Origin: Podospora anserina
Lineage: Eukaryota
NCBI GenBank assembly: GCA_017654855.1
Contig: CM030337.1
Span: 2,790,001-2,854,000, forward strand
DNA length: 64,000 bases
Direction: 5' to 3'
Under the pieces are notes generated by a model. That model had not been told where the DNA came from, searched no databases, and was given only the letters and a program-made list of their open reading frames with translations. The position numbers and the translations under genes are program-made. Of this stretch, positions 57,998 through 64,000 are shown piece after piece. The first letter of the stretch is position 1, and every line of letters starts with the position of its first letter.

Positions 57998-60981
57998 CTA
58001 CAGTTTCGTATTATGCCCCAAGTCTGTCCACACATCTAGTCCAACCCATTGTTCAGCCGCGCGTAGTGACCAAACGCGCTGCCCTCCTTTGGGGAATCGG
58101 TTGAGATCCGCGCAGTCGCCGCAGCTACACCTTACAGGACCGTGGCCGGAATAGGCCTCTGCAACGCTGGGCTCCTTTCCGACCTGCTTCTCCAGGTATG
58201 CTTCCAAAACGGCAAGCGCAAGCTCTTGGTAGCGGGGGAGTAGAGAGGGAAACGTTGGCTGCCTCTAGCGTAGATATGAGTTGGCGGACGAAGGGGAGCC
58301 AGAGGTAATGGGATTCGGCAGGCGGGACCTGGGCAGTGTTGGCGACAATCTTGGGGGAAAAGCGCATGGCTAGGTCGTCCCAGTTGAGTTCGATGCACCG
58401 GGCCAGGCACTCGGCCAAGAGATTGGGTGTGATGTAGGTCTCAGGATTCTGATGTGGTCCGTCCCGAATGGGCCTCATTTGGTAGTACGGATAGCCGTTA
58501 CTGCGACTCTTTGAAGCATTGCGGAACTCGGCCTCTGCTGTTTCTACGGTCTGGAGCTTGGTGAGTGACATCGTATCGAACACGGACTTGAGCAGCAGCA
58601 GCTTGCAAATCTCCAAGCTCGCAGTCTTATGAAAGACGCCTTCGTTTGCTAGTTCAATGATTCTCATAACAGCAGCCGCAGCAAATGGTGTCAAGGAGGC
58701 TTGTTTTTCGATGACTGGGGTCAATCCAAGTATGAAGTCAGCCCGCGTGTCAGACCACGCGTGAAAGAATTATGCCTTGCCTTGTCTTCAAATAGTCAAA
58801 ATCATGAAATTCCTTGATCATGGTGACAATGGCAGTCCCGGTCGACGCCATGACATTAGCCCCTAGGCAAGCTTCCAAGGCAGCAGGAACGACTTCATTG
58901 GCGGCCCATTGTCTAATCTGAGGATTGAATGAAGCATTGCTCGGCCGACCAAGCACTGTCAACAGTTGCATCCGAACAGCCGCTGGATGAGGCGAGATAT
59001 ACTGGGTGAGACTGGATAGTGTCAGCATTTGAACCGGGCATACTTTGAATAAACGTATACCTATCCTTGAATCTGTGTAAAATCAAACGAGTCCTCGGCT
59101 GCAGCCTTCTTGACGAGATCAAATAATGGCGTCCCGAGATTGAACCCGGCCTTGGTCCCGACCCAACCCTTGGACCGGCCAAACAGTTCGTACTCCCGGT
59201 TACTGCAGAACAGCCGCCAAGAACTTCAATGCAGTCTCTTCGTTGAAATCCCGCGTATCAGACTGCAAGATGTAGCCGTATGGGTCCGGTTTGGCTGCCC
59301 ATGCAAGCTGTGCGAGGGTGCGAACAATTTTCATTGTCGACTCGCGCACGTCTGGGTTGGAGCACTTCTCAAGGTAGCGTGGCAGAAGACCCTGTGCCTC
59401 TTTTTTTTGGACGTGCCTGTGATCAGGAACTGGTCGACCTCGTCGTTGGGAACAATGACGGCAACCTATCCCAGAGGATTAGTCGGACGGGCAATCGGAA
59501 GACAAGAGGAAAAACAAACCGCCAAGCGATACCAGTGTGACGCGGAGACTCCCTAAGGAAACATGATATGTCAGTTCAGTAGATACAAAGAAGACAAGAC
59601 ATGTGACATACCTCGTTGCCTGTGGACCCCCGAGTAATCTTCCTCCCCACGTGCGATATTCTCGAAAGGGTCTTCGTAATCCTGAACCAAGTTCTTGTCC
59701 AGGTCACCGTCTTCAATCTCCATGTTCTCGCGCAGCGTGTTTCCACCGGTCGTAGCGAGCTTCTTGATCTTGAACCTCGGGTCTATCATGTCAACCAATT
59801 CGTGCCAGCCTTCACCGTCACCTTCGTCGTCATCCTCGTCGGTCGACTCATATCTACCCCAACCTCTTCTACTACGGCGGTCGTATCGGTCGTAGTAGCC
59901 GCCACCGTCATAGCCGCACCCTCCATGTTGCCATTTTTCAATCACACCAAATAACAAGGTCGCATTGAGACTGTCGCATACATCCTCCAAGCAACGCATT
60001 CGGGTGACATCAGCGCCTTTCAGGCTGTGAAGCGAGGTTGGCCTCAGTGTATGTGTGGTGCAGCATGTAATACAGACGGTCAGCTTCCTTGTCATCGCTG
60101 CTCGGGCCCCGGGAGTCCAGCCAAGCACGCAGTGCATCTCGAACACCATACAGTCCCGGTGCATTCATGGCAGCCGATGGGCGGTTGACCTGAGGGGAAA
60201 TGCCAAGGTTGTACGTCAAGCCCCAGCGGATGCCCGACGTGACAGGCAAGACCTCGTGTGTGCCATCGGAAAACCAGCATGCCATCGACGGTTGGACTTC
60301 TGACGTCTTGAACATCTTGGTAACATCCCTTTGCTTCACAACGAGGTCGCCACCTTGGTGCTCAGACGGAAGACAGATGACAAGAGCACCAAACATTCCC
60401 GGGATCTTCTCAGTACTGTAACCCCATGTTGGTAATCAGAAAGGTCATCAGAGGGTACCATCGGGGACAAACTCAGTGTGAGGCTTGAACATGGCACCCT
60501 TCTCGTAGATCAACACCTTGTACAGTTCGGCCCTCACGGGAGCAGTAATTCCCAGCTGCTGAGCGACTAGCTTGCAAGCAGCGCTGATGGTCGACTCCCA
60601 CTGTGGGTGAAGCTCCAATTGGGCTGCATCCAGCACCCATGTGCTGCGAACCGAGGTGTCGACAAAGGCCTCGGTGCCTTTGCCATAGGGGGCTTGACGT
60701 GCCTTTTCAATCAGTTGTTGGGCACTGTCTTCCCCCAGAGGAAGGGCGACATGGCCAACATCGCGAACTGATATCGGGTAGAGGCTGGACTCGGTTAATT
60801 TGGCGAATGCCGCGAAGCTTCCGGCAGCCTTGATTCGATCCAATGCGTCGCAGAGCCCGTTCTTGATCTCGTCCAAAGGGGACTCGGACGGCGCAGGCGC
60901 GTCCGTAGTGCGATGAAATGATGCCACAAAGACGAGTTGTCCCGCTATAGGGTTGAAGTGGGCGAACATACAGACTGTCAT
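57998..60981 (-). pseudogene. Disrupted 2OG-Fe(II) oxygenase-domain gene
   Basis: ELYKVLIYEKGAMFKPHT/DTEK (HxD across an intron), HEVLPVTSGIRWGLTYNL and C-terminal CSCGDCADLN. Frameshifts near 60035, 59630 and 58235 split the ORF. Confidence 0.8.
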
Positions 60982-61751
60982 TTCCAGGGAAATCCGATGC
61001 AGATTTCGGAAGACATACTGCCAAAAACTGAGGAAGATTTCTCTCCCTATCTTCTACATTCACACCCCTCAGTCTTCCAATGAATCTGAAGCATGTAAGC
61101 GCCGACAGAAAAACAAAATTGAAAATAAAACGGGTGGTAAAAAGTACAGGTACTTCGGTAGATCGAGCTTGTATTGTCAGGCTTAGGCGAAATGAGCATG
61201 AAGCATAACTTTTGCATATCTGGACATTTACCACTCCGATCTCTGAAGCTGAAATCATGATCATCTGTGTGCCATCGTAAAGATGCATTTTGCTGAGGAT
61301 TCAGCTGAACGACTGGATTACGCTTCGATGTCCGTGCGCGTTTGTGCTGGCCTAGCGACTGACGTCGCTGTAATGGGACATCTTCATGTATGCCAGCGAA
61401 ACACCGCCAATTTCGATGCTTCCAGTATGCGCAGTTGGCGCCAGCGCCAGCAAAATGCCTGATGTGCGGGATTGGCGATCTGGGCAGGACAGCACCTCGA
61501 CCCTCGGAGACAGCAACAACAACCACCTTTGAGCTGCAACAATCGAACCCACTGAGGTTCGCGCTACGTATCTCAACAATTACTCGCGGTAGGTACTTCT
61601 TATCTATGTCTGAGAGCTTATCCTGGTTTCAGCTACTGATCTGTTGAGCCTACTAGTTTCGTCCATCCCCCCGGCCCACCTGCTCGCCTTTTCCCGCTGT
61701 CGGACAGTCATACGAGTAGCTACGAGAGCTGAGCTCGGCGGTTTTTCGACA

Positions 61752-63007
61752 ATGCGCCTCCTGGAATGCAACAATACCGGCGATTTCAGTTTAACTCGTA
61801 ACATTCCCAACGACCAGGTCCCACGGTATACGATACTTTCGCACACATAGGGCGACGAAAGAGGTTCTCTTCAGGGATATAACGGACGGGGTATATATAA
61901 AAGTAAAGCAGGCTGCGCTAAAATTAGGTTTTGCGGAGATTAAGCCGAACGCAATAGGCTAAAATTCTTCTAGGTCGACACATACTACATCGACAAATCC
62001 GACAGTATCGAAGTTTAGTATACCCTTAACTCTATATTTTAGTGGTACCGCAATATAATTAAATACTATATTTATCTTATAAACGTCTTAACCTGCTAGT
62101 AGGACGCCGACAGTAATCCTGGCTAGGAATTGACCTTTCGAAACTCTAGGTGGTTCACTCGTGGATGGACCCTCTAAGAACTCATTGCTTTAGCAATTAT
62201 AGAATTCTTCTCTAAAGAGGGCGAGTGTCTAAGAAATAAGAATTCTTTAGAATAATAAATCTACGATATAACCAAGATTCCCCTAGGAGCTCTCTAAAGC
62301 AATATATTATCCGACTTCAGTATCGAAGAGCGTCTATCATAGGTCGGAAAGCGTAATATAATATAAAAAAAAGATAAAGCGTGCTCGCTATTCGGCATCT
62401 TTAATGTGATAATGCCGCTTCTGTATAGCGAAGGAGAAGACAAAGCATTTAAACGGGTACGAAAAAAATTAGCAAGCATAATCGCGATCTGTCCAGTCTA
62501 CGTTCTACCGACCCGCGCCTTGACAAGAAGCGCATCGAGGAGGCAAAGGGTGGGTTGCTTGCTGGCGCTTACCGCTGGGTTTTCGACACCCCCGACTTCT
62601 ACCGTTAGCATGACCAGTCAGAGAGCCGCCTTCTATGGATTAAAGGAGATCCTGGCAAGGGCAAGACCATGTTGCTCTGCGGCATCATTAAAGAGCTTGA
62701 GAGAGCCATTGTTGAAGACGGGCATTGTCGTAATTTAGCCTATTTCTTCTGCCAGGCTACCGACTCGCGCATCAATAACGCTATTGCCGTGTTACGTGGC
62801 TTGATCTACCTTCTTGGTCGCCAGCAACCACATCTCTTCTCCTACATACGCAAATTTACGGACGCGGGTACATCGCTCTCTGACGCAAATACGGGGTTCG
62901 CCCTCTCGGATATTTTGGAGGGGATGCTAGGAGATGCGAACTTGAAGCTAACCTACCTGGTCATCGACGCTCTGGACGAATGCATGGGTCGAGTCGTTGT
63001 TGGTTAG
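61752..63007 (+). pseudogene. RIP-mutated, truncated HET-NACHT NLR (het-E/HNWD-like)
   Basis: MRLLEC..YTILSHT*G, FF*VDTYYIDK (from WVDTCCIDK) and SRWFTRGWTL*ELIA. NACHT motifs LLWIKGDPGKGKT and LVIDALDEC, then the similarity ends. Confidence 0.92.
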
Positions 63008-63382
63008 ATCAAGCATGTATGCGGCCCAGCTGTGGCCACCATCGGCGAAAGATATCCTCGAGTTGTTCGTCCACTGACTTGCGCTCCCATTGACCCAGAC
63101 CACAGCCTAGCCGCCGCCCAGAGTTGCAACGAACAAATGAACACAGAATGAAAAGGATAGTTCGGCTCTCACCGATATATTTCTGATCATGTTACATGTT
63201 CCTATGCCAAAGCCCTTGGACAATGTCCCCCACACTCTGCAGCCTCAACCTATTGAGGTTAGACATATTGAAAAGTAATAAGTTTTTGATAGAATACCCT
63301 GTGATTCTTCAAGACAGAAAACATGAATGTAAATAACTGATCCAAGACTCGTTATGAAATAACCAGCGGCAAATGAGTACTC

Positions 63383-64000
63383 TCACCGAAGGATGCTAGA
63401 AATGCACTCCTCGGAGACATACTGCGCTCTCACTATCCCAACTCCCACCCTTTTATATCCCCTGTCACCGTCTTCCTTCTGTACAATGATCATGTAATAA
63501 CCTTTCCTAGCGTCTTCCACCTTATGGTCTTTCATCTCCGCGTCTAGGGCACCAACAATAACACAATTACAATCCTCAAACCGGATCTGATCCGCTATGT
63601 CAAACCATAAAGACCCTACTTCTTCCTCTCCATCCAAAATAACATACTTTTCTTCGTTTTGTCCCATTCGGCAACTTCCACCAAAGTTCCTCACTTTGAC
63701 ATTTAGTACCGATCTATCATCGGCAAAATCAAGGTCTTCGAAGCGTGGGACCCGAAAACTTGGGTTTGGATCCAAGATAAACTCAATGCCCCCGGAATAT
63801 GCCATCCAAGACCATGATGGCACTTGATCATCATCATACTTGATCAGGGGTTTCTGCTCCTCGGTCCGCTTCCACAAAAGAAGAGAACCTAAACAAAAGC
63901 GGAAGATCCCGTACTTCGCTTTACTTTGCACCACCTTTTCCATCCGTTCAACAAGGCTGTGAATCGCAATGACCCTGTCTGTTTCATCGGTAAGACCGGA
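63383..64000 (-). CDS. C-terminal part of a probable HET-domain protein (starts beyond the window)
   Basis: TDRVIAIHSL..YGIF..LLLW..VPSWSWMAYSGGI..YKRVGVG resembles the region that follows many fungal HET domains. Confidence 0.75.
   Translation of the reverse strand, partial: SGLTDETDRVIAIHSLVERMEKVVQSKAKYGIFRFCLGSLLLWKRTEEQKPLIKYDDDQVPSWSWMAYSGGIEFILDPNPSFRVPRFEDLDFADDRSVLNVKVRNFGGSCRMGQNEEKYVILDGEEEVGSLWFDIADQIRFEDCNCVIVGALDAEMKDHKVEDARKGYYMIIVQKEDGDRGYKRVGVGIVRAQYVSEECISSILR

Overview
Intron-containing eukaryotic DNA from a filamentous ascomycete. Short GT..CTAAC..AG introns, a het-E-like HET-NACHT relic and RIP-type C>T/G>A damage suggest Sordariales, plausibly the Podospora complex; this is inference. 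The left ~15 kb looks like an accessory/defence island. It holds an alpha-helical toxin-like gene, a 5-exon cytoplasmic ricin-B lectin mostly missed by the ORF track, a HAD-fused terpene cyclase, a probable solo LTR and a cupredoxin-like GPI protein. It also holds a head-to-head pair of a TPR-CHAT (caspase-like) protease and a small beta-rich protein, my best candidate for an undescribed protease-activated cell-death module. The middle is mostly housekeeping: AFG1, DUF1295-like, M28 aminopeptidase, PLD, CTK2-like cyclin, Clr5-domain, SBPase/FBPase-like, SUR7/PalI-like, TRAPPC12-like, Pth11-like and P450. The right ~10 kb has a Pro/Lys/Thr repeat protein and decayed genes (2OG-Fe(II) oxygenase, RIPed HET-NACHT NLR, partial HET gene). 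A second theme: six loci have reading frames that continue past in-frame TAG codons, as expected for sexual-stage A-to-I stop-loss editing (UAG>UGG). All family calls come from motif recognition by eye; no searches were run.
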